Both the position numbers and the translations under genes were made by a program. A DNA stretch of 26,902 bases from positions 1 to 26,902 of IMG/VR virus record IMGVR_UViG_3300044801_000107; one strand, 5' to 3'. The stretch is from a virus (lineage: Duplodnaviria; Caudoviricetes). The notes under the pieces were generated by a model, which saw only the letters and a list, made by a program, of their open reading frames with translations, searched no databases and was not told the origin of the DNA. Shown here in pieces: positions 1-8,644 of the stretch; position 1 is the stretch's first letter; every line of letters starts with the position of its first letter.

Positions 1-1
1 C

Positions 2-1555
2 TAGGGGTGTTTTCGTATAAGGAATTGCACCCTTAGTCGTCTTACTTCCGCGAGCTTCGTCGCAGTCGGTCGGAGATTTGTCTTCTTTACATTTCTCGTC
101 AGCGAAATTATCGCACCCACCGCATTGCCTACCGTTCGGTGCTTTCTCGTGCTTCTCTTCGTCTTTAGGCGGCTCTTCATCTTCACCGTCATTAGAATTA
201 TCACACGAGTCGGGAGTTTCGTCTTGACTACACTGCCCGTCTTTGAAGTTCTTGCACTCGCCGCACGCGTCTTCGTTTGCACTAACAGCTTTCTCGTCGA
301 CTTCTTTCGTAGCCTCTTCGACGTCTTTAACTTCGTCTTTAGATTCTTCGACGTCTTTAGCTACGTCTTCTTTAGAATCGACTTCCTTTTGCTTAGCAGA
401 ACCCGATTGGTCATCGGTACTAACATCCCACGGTAAGTCTTCTTTAAACTCACTCATATGTTGGTTCATATGGTCGAGAATAATCTGGTTATCGTTCTGC
501 GTGAAACCGAGGTGGTCAACGTCGCCATCCTGAGTACTTTCTTGTTTCATATGCCCCTCGTCGTCCTGTTCTGGTGTGACGAGTAGCTGTGCGGCGACGG
601 CTTTACCGATTCGCTTAACCGCTTTTAGATTAACCTCATGAGGCGCATCGCCTGTGTGATGTGCATATTGATAACCGTCTTTAGTCGACTCGTCATCGCC
701 GGTAAATCCCGCGTGCATTGCGCGAAAGTGCTCTGCCTTAGTAGCCTTAGAGCGTTCTGAATTCGCGTTCCACGTGGCGTCTTTAGCAGAGAGTGGCGTG
801 CCGTTTGGGTGAGCGTCTTTATAACTTATCGCTCCTTTTCGCATTTTGACATCTCCTTTATTATTAGTGTCGCCGCCTTCAGGCACAAGTGCGCCACCTG
901 CGGCCTCATCTGAAATTCCTAACGCTTTTTCGTTAGGACACGAACAATTTTTAAGGGCATCTTCGGCCCATTTCTTAAGCTCGACCCTCATCGATTTAAG
1001 TTCATTATTCGTAACGTCCTTCGCGCTCGCGCCTATTTGCAGCGCTCCGGGATTCGACGGCACAGGTACACAAGAGTATTCAATTAAATCTTGCTTCATA
1101 AAGTGCGTACCGCCTAAATAATTCGCATCTCCATTCTGTTTCTTCATAGCCTCCCAATCGATAGGATAAAAGCCAGCAGAAACAGCGTTAAGAAAACCAT
1201 TTTTATAAAATCTAAACACGGTGCTTCCACGAAGTCCGTGATAATCCGCGTCGTATAATTCGTCTGGTGTAAATTCAACTATTGAATTAAGCGCAGTTCC
1301 CACGACCCACGTCTTTATAGCGCGGCCTACGGGGAGCTTCGTATAATCGTGAGCCCACATGACGACGGGGTTTTTGGTGTAATTACCGAGCGTCCACCCT
1401 TTTGCGTCTAAACTATCGCCGTCGCGGTCGACCTCTTCGTTGCTTACGGTAAAAGCAAGACGCATCGCGCTATCGGTTGAAACGTCTTTAACTTCGCTTA
1501 GCTTAAGGGTCTTATAGACCGGAACGCCCTGTACAACCTCATCTATGAGCGTCAT
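2..1555 (-). CDS. HK97-family prohead (maturation) protease with long C-terminal extension; 3'-truncated by the window edge
   Basis: Own translation from ATG at 1555 (AAGGTGG upstream): MTLIDEVVQGVPVYKTLK...AFTVSNEEVDRDGDSLDAKGWTLGNYTKNPVVMWAHDYTKLPVGRA...GFLNAVSAGFYP...LIEYSCVPVPSNPGAL. The H, S-x-GF and E-x-S-x-V-x-x-P-x-N motifs match the phage prohead serine protease. The frame stays open to the window edge. Confidence 0.92.
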   Translation of the reverse strand, partial: MTLIDEVVQGVPVYKTLKLSEVKDVSTDSAMRLAFTVSNEEVDRDGDSLDAKGWTLGNYTKNPVVMWAHDYTKLPVGRAIKTWVVGTALNSIVEFTPDELYDADYHGLRGSTVFRFYKNGFLNAVSAGFYPIDWEAMKKQNGDANYLGGTHFMKQDLIEYSCVPVPSNPGALQIGASAKDVTNNELKSMRVELKKWAEDALKNCSCPNEKALGISDEAAGGALVPEGGDTNNKGDVKMRKGAISYKDAHPNGTPLSAKDATWNANSERSKATKAEHFRAMHAGFTGDDESTKDGYQYAHHTGDAPHEVNLKAVKRIGKAVAAQLLVTPEQDDEGHMKQESTQDGDVDHLGFTQNDNQIILDHMNQHMSEFKEDLPWDVSTDDQSGSAKQKEVDSKEDVAKDVEESKDEVKDVEEATKEVDEKAVSANEDACGECKNFKDGQCSQDETPDSCDNSNDGEDEEPPKDEEKHEKAPNGRQCGGCDNFADEKCKEDKSPTDCDEARGSKTTKGAIPYTKTPL

Positions 1556-1603
1556 TCTTCCACCTTCTTTACTTAATTAACGTCTTTCATACCCCAGTTG
1601 TGT

Positions 1604-2257
1604 CTAGGGCAGGCCTCCAAATACATGAAATGAATACGAGATAAACACTAAGATACACAAGAACGCGAATGATGCAAACGCACCTATAATCTTCCAGTTA
1701 AATCTAATTTTGTCGTGTAAAACCTCAACACGTAAGGTCTCCACCTTCTCATCCGCTCTTTCCTTAGCGGCCAAAGTCTTTTCATCGGCACGTTCAAGCG
1801 CTGCGAGTGTCTTTTCATCGACGCTCGCAAGAGCGGTGAGTAGATGTGCGTCCCTCGTAGACTCGCGCGCTATGGCTGTACGTTCAGTCTCGGCGAATTT
1901 GCTTGTCATGCTAAGACTAAAAGCGTCGACCTTCGTTACTATGTTATGAATATCATCACCCACGCCGTCGATTTTTCCGTCGAGTGTATTAAGAATGCCG
2001 TTTTGTCGAATACTATTAGCCTCGTACGCTTTAAGGCGCTCGTCGTGCTGACCAATGCTTATCTGACATTGTTTCACGCAGGCTTCCATTGCGTCTAGTT
2101 CTACTTTTTGCGCAAGCGTGGCGTGCTTTTGCTCGTCGCGTATGCTTTCGATAAGTGTGATATTCTGTTCTAACTTGGAATTAACACCATTAATTTTCTT
2201 AAGTTCCGAGTCTAGCTCAGTTTTAACGGCCTTAACGTCCTTCTTCAAGTCTTCCAT
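1604..2257 (-). CDS. Coiled-coil protein with C-terminal transmembrane helix
   Basis: 217 aa, heptad-like throughout, ending IIGAFASFAFLCILVFISYSF; GGTGGA upstream. Confidence 0.75.
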   Translation of the reverse strand: MEDLKKDVKAVKTELDSELKKINGVNSKLEQNITLIESIRDEQKHATLAQKVELDAMEACVKQCQISIGQHDERLKAYEANSIRQNGILNTLDGKIDGVGDDIHNIVTKVDAFSLSMTSKFAETERTAIARESTRDAHLLTALASVDEKTLAALERADEKTLAAKERADEKVETLRVEVLHDKIRFNWKIIGAFASFAFLCILVFISYSFHVFGGLP

Positions 2258-2270
2258 ACTTCCACCGCCG

Positions 2271-2498
2271 TTAGGTATTATCGTTAGGCCGCAACTTCAC
2301 GTCGATTAACTTATTCTGCTCTTCTTTCTCGAGCGTTGCTAGCTTTATAAAACACGGATTACAGAGCCACTTTAGATGTTCGGGAGTTCCAAATAATGTG
2401 AATCGTTTTGATGTACCGTCATCGTTAAACCACGACGTTTTACAGTTAGCGCAGTGGTCGGGCGGCATTAAAGTGATAATGGGTAATTTTGTAGGCAT
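2271..2498 (-). CDS. Small Zn-finger protein
   Basis: CANC...CNPC; start overlaps portal stop (TAATG). Confidence 0.7.
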   Translation of the reverse strand: MPTKLPIITLMPPDHCANCKTSWFNDDGTSKRFTLFGTPEHLKWLCNPCFIKLATLEKEEQNKLIDVKLRPNDNT

Positions 2499-3913
2499 TA
2501 TTGTTTCCTCGGTCGTCGTGTGTACCGTTCTAAGTCTCTTAGGCGTTTTGTTTTCTTACCGCGAATCTTGCCGAACGGCGTTTTAGTCTCGCCATATGCC
2601 TCTTTACCGGCTTGCGGTGGTGGCGCGACGGCCGGAACCTGCACTATGCCTTTCTTTAGACTCGAAAGAACCTGTACGTTAATTGGTACAACGAAACACT
2701 CGCCGTCACCATCGGGTAACGGGTCGTATTCCATTAATGCTCGCCATTCGTCAATCATAAGCGCCGTCGGCATAAACCGAGCAGCTTTTAGGATTATGTC
2801 CTTATCTTTCTGCACCGGATTAACGTAGAGCATCACCAATTCGCCAGTGTCGTCGAATCGGGGAATTAGTTGTTTATTAAGAACCTCTTGTAAAAAGTCA
2901 AGTCGGGGTCGAAGCGTATAACGAGAAAAGAATAAGTCTGCTGCGTCGATAGTTGCTCTATTCGACGACTGAAGAATTCCAAGTATCTCGGGTGGCACAC
3001 CGATAACTGAAGCCACGACGTCTCTCTGATGCTGTCGTAGGTTTACAATATCCGCGCCTTCGAACTTCTGAGAGAGTTCTTTTATCTCTACCTTTCGGCT
3101 TAAGAATCGAACTTTTCCGGCGTTCCAAAATCCCTGATGCTGTAGGTTCCAATCGTCTTCGAGCTGCTTCACACGTTCTGCGTTAAGCCCTTCTCCGTAA
3201 ATGAGCAGTGGTGGCCGTGCTTGATTATTAAAGTAGCTTAATACATAACGAGAAGCAGCGTCGTCCGTGTCGAGGTCATGAGAAAGAGATTGCGCTAGGC
3301 CAACACCTCTAGAATACGGGTCGGCCGGGTCTGGGTGCGCGAACCAGATAACCTCGCCCATATCGAGCTTGAATTCGCCCTTCGGCCCCGAAATAGTAAA
3401 ATACGGCTCATCGGCGGTTGGTGTTCGAACTACCTTACCGGGGGATATAGGATAAGCGTTTATGACGCCCTGTATCGGCACCATCCACCAAAAAGCCTCA
3501 CCTATAAGTTCTAAATAAACTTGCGTGAGCCATATTAATTGTTGAAAACTAAACTGAGAATTAGGATTATTAATAAAAACTTGAAGCGGAATAATTTCTT
3601 GCGGCTCTTCCTCTATAACGTTCATTCCGCCCGTTTTATTGGGCTCGTTTCGAACGAAACGAATGTCCCAATCGTTCTGAGCGATAGAATTAGCTACCTT
3701 TGTTACCGAGGTTCGTAACCACGGGAGTTCTGCAAAAGCTTTTAAATATGCGGGAATATCTCGCTTTATAGAAGCAGTAACTTGGTCACCGACGATTCTC
3801 GCGAGAACGTCTTGGTCGCTACTCGGCGTTTGATTTAATTGTTGAATACCTGCGCGTAGACCAAGTCTATTAGTGAACCTTCGAAAAAGCGTCCGCTCTT
3901 CGGATTGAGCCAC
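2498..3913 (-). CDS. Phage portal protein (HK97 family)
   Basis: 471 aa with NPN..FS, LELIGEAFW, DPYSRGVG, YFNNQARP, NAGK, IGVPPEILG, NRAT and TLRP.L motifs; lies upstream of the prohead protease. Confidence 0.95.
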   Translation of the reverse strand: MAQSEERTLFRRFTNRLGLRAGIQQLNQTPSSDQDVLARIVGDQVTASIKRDIPAYLKAFAELPWLRTSVTKVANSIAQNDWDIRFVRNEPNKTGGMNVIEEEPQEIIPLQVFINNPNSQFSFQQLIWLTQVYLELIGEAFWWMVPIQGVINAYPISPGKVVRTPTADEPYFTISGPKGEFKLDMGEVIWFAHPDPADPYSRGVGLAQSLSHDLDTDDAASRYVLSYFNNQARPPLLIYGEGLNAERVKQLEDDWNLQHQGFWNAGKVRFLSRKVEIKELSQKFEGADIVNLRQHQRDVVASVIGVPPEILGILQSSNRATIDAADLFFSRYTLRPRLDFLQEVLNKQLIPRFDDTGELVMLYVNPVQKDKDIILKAARFMPTALMIDEWRALMEYDPLPDGDGECFVVPINVQVLSSLKKGIVQVPAVAPPPQAGKEAYGETKTPFGKIRGKKTKRLRDLERYTRRPRKQ

Positions 3914-3936
3914 CGTGTATTAGAAGCTTGCGTATC

Positions 3937-3950
3937 CTGATAAGCGTTCG
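3937..3950 (-). promoter_or_regulatory. Putative archaeal BRE/TATA promoter for the portal operon (near-leaderless)
   Basis: CGAACGCTTATCAG ends about 24 nt before the portal GTG. Confidence 0.45.
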
Positions 3951-3978
3951 CTACCGCTTGTTACAAGTCTCTCTTACC

Positions 3979-3989
3979 AAAAAAGTAGT
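3979..3989 (-). terminator. Oligo-T terminator
   Basis: ACTACTTTTTT just after the HNH stop; same motif at 10739-10750. Confidence 0.55.
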
Positions 3990-3996
3990 AGTTATC

Positions 3997-4500
3997 TTAC
4001 ACCTCTAAAAATTCAAGTGATTTTTTATATGCCTCGATAAGTTCGTCTCTACTCGGTAATTCACCTCGTTTTGTTTTAAGTCTATGACACGTCGCGCAAA
4101 GAATCTGAAACCCATCTGGAAAATCATTCGCGATAATCCACGCGGTAATAGAATTAGACCCCACTTCTACTCGGTGTTTCGCACCGTCTCCGTTTTTATG
4201 GTCAATCTCTAAACAATCATAAATCGGTAATCCACAATTTGTACAATACAGCGTTCCATCTGTATAATGTGTAATAACTTTAAGTCTGTACCGCTCACTT
4301 GCACAATTACGTTTTTCCGGGTGTTCCCAATAATACTCCCGTTGTTTTCGGTTACGTTCTTCGCTAAATTCGGGAATCTTTCGTTGTTCTCGTAGATTTT
4401 TACGCCTACGTTCTTTCTGACCTTCGCGATATTCTTTGTTATTCTTATACCGCTCGCGAGCATATTCGCGATATTCGGGGGTTTTATAATCTGTACTCAA
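3997..4500 (-). CDS. HNH endonuclease with basic N-terminal region
   Basis: CTNCG...LEIDHKNGDG...FQILCATCH. Confidence 0.85.
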   Translation of the reverse strand: MSTDYKTPEYREYARERYKNNKEYREGQKERRRKNLREQRKIPEFSEERNRKQREYYWEHPEKRNCASERYRLKVITHYTDGTLYCTNCGLPIYDCLEIDHKNGDGAKHRVEVGSNSITAWIIANDFPDGFQILCATCHRLKTKRGELPSRDELIEAYKKSLEFLEV

Positions 4501-4528
4501 CGTTTCGTTATTAAGGTTCTAACGTTAT

Positions 4529-4711
4529 TTAGTTTACGTAACAAGCATACATCGCGAGAACGATTACCGCGATTCCTGCTGCCGCTCGCGCATAACGCTC
4601 GCCATCAAACCAGAAAGTATGATACTGTCCGCCCTGTATAAGCGCGCTACCTATGCCGTCTAGTACAATAGTTATACCTATCATTATGAGCAAAATAAAA
4701 TACCATAACAT
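4529..4711 (-). CDS. Small two-TM membrane protein
   Basis: Two hydrophobic segments; GGAG upstream. Confidence 0.7.
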   Translation of the reverse strand: MLWYFILLIMIGITIVLDGIGSALIQGGQYHTFWFDGERYARAAAGIAVIVLAMYACYVN

Positions 4712-4713
4712 TT

Positions 4714-4851
4714 TTACTCTCCTATCAACACCCTACGAATATAGCCGTTAAAAAACTTAGGACAACAATTAAACTCATCAGGTTCCCTACCTATGTCGCA
4801 TACTTGTTCTTTTAACGCTTGTTTAAGATGTCCGCAGTTTTTACACTTCAT
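4714..4851 (-). CDS. Cys-rich microprotein (45 aa)
   Basis: Own translation MKCKNCGHLK...C...CCPKF; ATGA overlap with the upstream stop. Confidence 0.6.
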   Translation of the reverse strand: MKCKNCGHLKQALKEQVCDIGREPDEFNCCPKFFNGYIRRVLIGE

Positions 4852-5123
4852 CCTTCAATACACTCATGACAGTCAAGCTTCGACGGAAGATTAAAGCCCC
4901 ATATGCAAAGATGCCCTTTATTTATCGATTCTTCGTTCTTACATCGTGCCGGGCCTCTGTGTCCTACGCTCGCGCGCATTGGTGGTTTCTCTTCTTCTTC
5001 TTCTTTAGTTCTCACGGCTAAATTAACTAAGTTATTAAACGCCTGTTGTAGCTCTATAATCGCTATCTCGAGCTGCGTCACGCGCTCTTCAATCGTTAGT
5101 TCTTCGTTCGGTTCTTCGTTCAA
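4848..5123 (-). CDS. Hypothetical protein (coiled coil plus Cys motif)
   Basis: GAGGTGG RBS before TTG; coupled to neighbours. Confidence 0.7.
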   Translation of the reverse strand: MNEEPNEELTIEERVTQLEIAIIELQQAFNNLVNLAVRTKEEEEEKPPMRASVGHRGPARCKNEESINKGHLCIWGFNLPSKLDCHECIEG

Positions 5124-5245
5124 ATCTCCACCTCATTTTTTTCCTTATAACATTTCTTATGCCAACGTTGCGTTTTTGATGCTAGATGTGACTCGCCAAC
5201 GTCTATCTTCTGATTACATTTCGCGCATATAAACGGATTTTTCAT
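5120..5245 (-). CDS. LIM-like single Zn-finger microprotein (41 aa)
   Basis: Own translation MKNPFICAKCNQKID...RWHKKCYKE. Confidence 0.6.
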   Translation of the reverse strand: MKNPFICAKCNQKIDVGESHLASKTQRWHKKCYKEKNEVEI

Positions 5246-5535
5246 TTTTTACTCTTCGCGAGAATTGTATCTAGTTTCTCGAGAAACATAATCGTCCGGC
5301 ATTCTGTACACTTATTTGTGTTCATCGCGTAATGCTGGTCGCACGAGCGTTGTTGTAATGTGCAAAAGTCGATAATGTTTTCCGTTTTAATGTCGTAGAT
5401 TTTTTTAGTTCCGAGAATCGCATCTAGATAATCATTAATGAAAATACCTCTACACTCTTCGCACTCGCTACTCGACATATTATAATGTGAAGTACATGGT
5501 TGTTGGGTTATAGCACAATAGTTTGGGTCGCTCAT
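5242..5535 (-). CDS. Protein of two tandem Cys4 repeats
   Basis: YCAITQQPCTSHYNM..ECEECR...LDAIL and FCTLQQRSCDQHYAM..KCTECR...LDTIL. Confidence 0.75.
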   Translation of the reverse strand: MSDPNYCAITQQPCTSHYNMSSSECEECRGIFINDYLDAILGTKKIYDIKTENIIDFCTLQQRSCDQHYAMNTNKCTECRTIMFLEKLDTILAKSKK

Positions 5536-5699
5536 TCTTCAAACCTTACATCGTAAGCTACCCTAAGCGCTTCTTGTATCGCTTCATTAAATGTTGCACT
5601 ACGTTTTAGATTTTTCGATAGCTCAAGCCGCACATCAAGAAGTGCAAAATATGTGTTATCGTGAATCACTATTTGTCGTTGTTTATTTCGGTCACTCAT
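5532..5699 (-). CDS. Ribbon-helix-helix-like DNA-binding protein (55 aa)
   Basis: Own translation MSDRNKQRQIVIHDNTYFALLDVRLELSKNLKRSATFNEAIQEALR; ATGA coupling at both ends. Confidence 0.65.
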   Translation of the reverse strand: MSDRNKQRQIVIHDNTYFALLDVRLELSKNLKRSATFNEAIQEALRVAYDVRFEE

Positions 5700-5944
5700 A
5701 ATTCCTCTACACTATCTATCTTATTATTACTCGTCGTGATTCGAATCATCCTCGGGGTTCCGGCATAGAAAGATAAAGTGATTAGATACGCCCCGTTACA
5801 GCCTTCGATTGAGTATTTTTTCGCCCACGAGTATTCTTCTTTCACGAACGCGGCGACACGCTCATCGAGCGTTATCGTCTTCGTCTTCTTCTTTCTCTTC
5901 ATCGGAGAACCGTTCAAAGTTTCTTCCCGGTTTTGTCTCTTCAT
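5696..5944 (-). CDS. Hypothetical protein (true start probably downstream of the listed one)
   Basis: ORF track; overlaps the upstream gene. Confidence 0.5.
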   Translation of the reverse strand: MKRQNREETLNGSPMKRKKKTKTITLDERVAAFVKEEYSWAKKYSIEGCNGAYLITLSFYAGTPRMIRITTSNNKIDSVEEL

Positions 5945-6107
5945 TACGAAGTCGCATTAGTAGAATCGCACTATACGGAACGAAGTCTTGTCCCTTCTCG
6001 TGTTCTACCATTATACCGTCGTCGTTATAATATCTTAACTTAACGTCCATACCACCCTTATTAACAAGAAAGAGTTGTACGGTTCTCTCTAACCAGTTAG
6101 TTAACAT
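5862..6107 (-). CDS. Sm/Hfq-like (LSm fold) protein with acidic tail
   Basis: TVQLFLVN...KLRYYNDDGIMV...QDFVPYSAILLM parallels the Hfq Sm1/Sm2 pattern; AGGAGAG upstream. Confidence 0.6.
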   Translation of the reverse strand: MLTNWLERTVQLFLVNKGGMDVKLRYYNDDGIMVEHEKGQDFVPYSAILLMRLRNEETKPGRNFERFSDEEKEEDEDDNAR

Positions 6108-6246
6108 ATGTTAATCTCTCCTTATGCTTTCGTTACAGTGTCGCGCTAGTTCTCTTCTCTCGCGGTCAATTTCTTTTTGTAGCGTTCTAAGCCGGTATTT
6201 ATCGGCTAAAAGTCCGTGACGTCTTACGACGCATATCTTCTCGCGT

Positions 6247-6564
6247 CTATCTAATGGCATTTTCTACCTCTTTACCGAACTGATGTAATAATAGTCCTTC
6301 CTGCCACGCCTCATGGCCGATAATCACCCCTACGTTGCTTCGCGCTTTTTTTAGAATCTTACGAGTGTCATCTATCCTCCACATCTCTAAGTGGCTCATC
6401 TTTCCTTTTGCGCGTTGGTCTTGAGTATGTGCGAACAATTTTCGTTCAATTATACCTAAAAGTCCGTGAATCTGCTCAAGCGTGAGTTCTTCGAGTGAAA
6501 GAACCACGTCGCTATCATCGTTAAAGTTCTCTTTTAGAAAGGTTCTCCATTCATCTGATGCCAT
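6247..6564 (-). CDS. Hypothetical protein
   Basis: 105 aa ORF; GAGG upstream. Confidence 0.7.
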   Translation of the reverse strand: MASDEWRTFLKENFNDDSDVVLSLEELTLEQIHGLLGIIERKLFAHTQDQRAKGKMSHLEMWRIDDTRKILKKARSNVGVIIGHEAWQEGLLLHQFGKEVENAIR

Positions 6565-6897
6565 TTTTATGCCTCTTCGTATTGTACCCTCATCTGTAGG
6601 TAGAACAAACTAATCATTATCGCTAGTATCATGGAGAGTTCTAGGTTCGTGTTGTTTATAAAGTTAAACGCCACGATGAGTATTACATACCCGATAGCGA
6701 TAGCGGTTAATTCTTTTATGCTTAAGCTCATTGTTTATATAGCTCATACGCGCCTTTTTTGGCGTTATAGTCTACTTTCTTCGCGGGATTTACGCGTAGT
6801 AGGGTGCATAATTTAAACGTACAGGCGTCCCAACAGTCTCCGATTTTAGACTGACGCAAATACCCACACTTTTCTAAGTCTAAAGTACCTTCCACGT

Positions 6898-7392
6898 TCA
6901 TTGCTTTAGAACCGTAAAGGTAAATGTCTGCGTTGACGGTGCGTATTGACTATTACCTGCGAACTTCACGATAAGCGTATGTTGCCCTAATGCTAAACAC
7001 GCCGTTGATTTCGCTGGTAGCGTAAACGCAATCGTTTCAGTTCCGCTCTTCACTTGCGTTACTTTACCCTGCGTCCACCAGTATCGTGAGCTATCGACGG
7101 TTACCGTAACCGGAACCGATAGTATCTTTGCTTGTCCTACTGGAACGACCTCGAAGCCCCATCCGACTGATGCTTTATTATACACAACGGTCGGATTCGA
7201 GTTAAACATCGGGTTCGCGTAGATTAAAGTTGCGGTTCTCGGCGTTGGCTTCACATTATGGCCGTTAATCACTTGCTTCTGGATTACAATCTGCGTGACG
7301 GAGGTATTAACCTGCGTCTGAGCAGATACCGCACCCGTTAGAAATATCGCAACGAGTACGACACTTAGAGTAGCTATGACTAATTTTTTCAT
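6898..7392 (-). CDS. Secreted/surface protein with Ig-like domain
   Basis: Signal peptide MKKLVIATLSVVLVAIFLTGAVSA; C-terminal LGQHTLIVKFAGNSQYAPS...FTV typical of Big_3-like domains. Confidence 0.75.
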   Translation of the reverse strand: MKKLVIATLSVVLVAIFLTGAVSAQTQVNTSVTQIVIQKQVINGHNVKPTPRTATLIYANPMFNSNPTVVYNKASVGWGFEVVPVGQAKILSVPVTVTVDSSRYWWTQGKVTQVKSGTETIAFTLPAKSTACLALGQHTLIVKFAGNSQYAPSTQTFTFTVLKQ

Positions 7393-7396
7393 GATA

Positions 7397-7540
7397 TTAC
7401 CTTAACAACGACTCGAGTAAATTCTCGATGTAATAGTCGGGCGTTACGTGATGCTTATTCGCGGCGTCATAGAGCGCGAGTCCTACATTTTCGTCGATGT
7501 GTAGACGAAACGTTGAGTAGTAACCACTTTTTTCTATCAT
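7397..7540 (-). CDS. CopG/RHH-like microprotein (47 aa)
   Basis: Own translation ...STFRLHIDENVGLALYDAANKHHVTPDYYIENLLESLLR; AGGTGA RBS. Confidence 0.6.
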   Translation of the reverse strand: MIEKSGYYSTFRLHIDENVGLALYDAANKHHVTPDYYIENLLESLLR

Positions 7541-7712
7541 TTTTGTTTCACCTTTAAAATATTCGTAGATGTTTTCTTCCGTTGTTCTTCTTCGATACTG
7601 GTTTCTCTCCGCCGGTCTTTTCTACTACGAATAGCCCTATCGCCATAAAGGAAAGAACTGCTACGGCTATAACGTCCTGTATGTATTCTTTTATTTCGTG
7701 TATCATTTTACA

Positions 7713-8105
7713 TCACTCCTTAAATATTTTAAGTAGGTCGATTTCGGCCTTTATGTCTTGTCGTTTGCTCATCTCGTTATAGAGATTACCTTTAGCCACT
7801 TCGAGATTTAGTTTAGCTTTCTTCGTTTTATTTAGATAGCTTTCGTAGTGCTCGTTGTTGTCGAGTCGATGCTGTAACTCGCCTTCTCGTGAGTCGGGAT
7901 TGCCGAACGCTGGTTTACCGTATTCGTTTACTACGAGGCTTATCTCTCGTTTGTAGTTCGCGATGATATGGTTGGTGTATTCGTGTACCTCATCGAGTTC
8001 ATTCGAATACGTTCGTATATCGTCGTTGAACTTTTTCGTTTTCTTAGTCGTTTCTTTCAACGAATCTAATAATCTTTTAGCCGTTTCGTTCATACTCTCC
8101 TGCAT
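7713..8105 (-). CDS. Hypothetical helical protein
   Basis: 130 aa ORF in a dense - strand run. Confidence 0.7.
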   Translation of the reverse strand: MQESMNETAKRLLDSLKETTKKTKKFNDDIRTYSNELDEVHEYTNHIIANYKREISLVVNEYGKPAFGNPDSREGELQHRLDNNEHYESYLNKTKKAKLNLEVAKGNLYNEMSKRQDIKAEIDLLKIFKE

Positions 8106-8334
8106 AATATCCCTCTATTAAAAGTGAGGTTAGTTCCTCGATTCTATCTACGGTTAGACCTAGATTTTCTGTCGAGTTACCCCACTGCTGCCAGCCGTCC
8201 GTCTGTGACGCGGCAAATCTCGTTTTCGAGCCGTCACTGAGCTTAAAATACCCCTCGAGGTATGGTTTACCGTCGTAGTTTCGCTGTGTCTTATTTGGCT
8301 TGTATGTCACTTTTTCCGTTACCACGTGTGTCAT
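8077..8334 (-). CDS. Hypothetical protein
   Basis: 85 aa; GGGTGA RBS. Confidence 0.7.
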   Translation of the reverse strand: MTHVVTEKVTYKPNKTQRNYDGKPYLEGYFKLSDGSKTRFAASQTDGWQQWGNSTENLGLTVDRIEELTSLLIEGYYAGEYERNG

Positions 8335-8488
8335 TCTTCACCCGTCTATCTTCGAAAGTTCGCCTTCTTTGCTTAGTCCATAGACCGGAATATGCCTCCT
8401 AGCCGCGTATCGAATAAATTTATTAGCCGGCTTTATACCCCTATACGTTGGGATAATGATTCGATACTCGTCACCGCTGTTATCATTT

Positions 8489-8644
8489 CTATAGAACGTT
8501 AATTTCCGTTAGGCTTGCTTTAAGAGTGTCAACTGAATTAAGTAGTGCGACGTGCCACGCTTCGTCGCCGTCGAGCGGGTCGACCGCACACATTTTTGCT
8601 ATGTATTCCACTCTCGAAAATTCTATCGCGATTTTTTCGTTCAT
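8489..8644 (-). CDS. Hypothetical protein (51 aa), possibly continued by frameshift
   Basis: Own translation MNEKIAIEF...; GGAGGT RBS. Confidence 0.55.
   Translation of the reverse strand: MNEKIAIEFSRVEYIAKMCAVDPLDGDEAWHVALLNSVDTLKASLTEINVL

Noticed and set aside
1-1121. Track ORFs 1-282 (-), 125-436, 243-533 and 846-1121 (+)
   Set aside because: Shadow frames of the prohead protease ORF 2-1555.
6845-6884. Inverted repeat TTTAGACT/AGTCTAAA
   Set aside because: Isolated 8-bp stem lying within a small Cys-containing - strand ORF; not enough to call an element.
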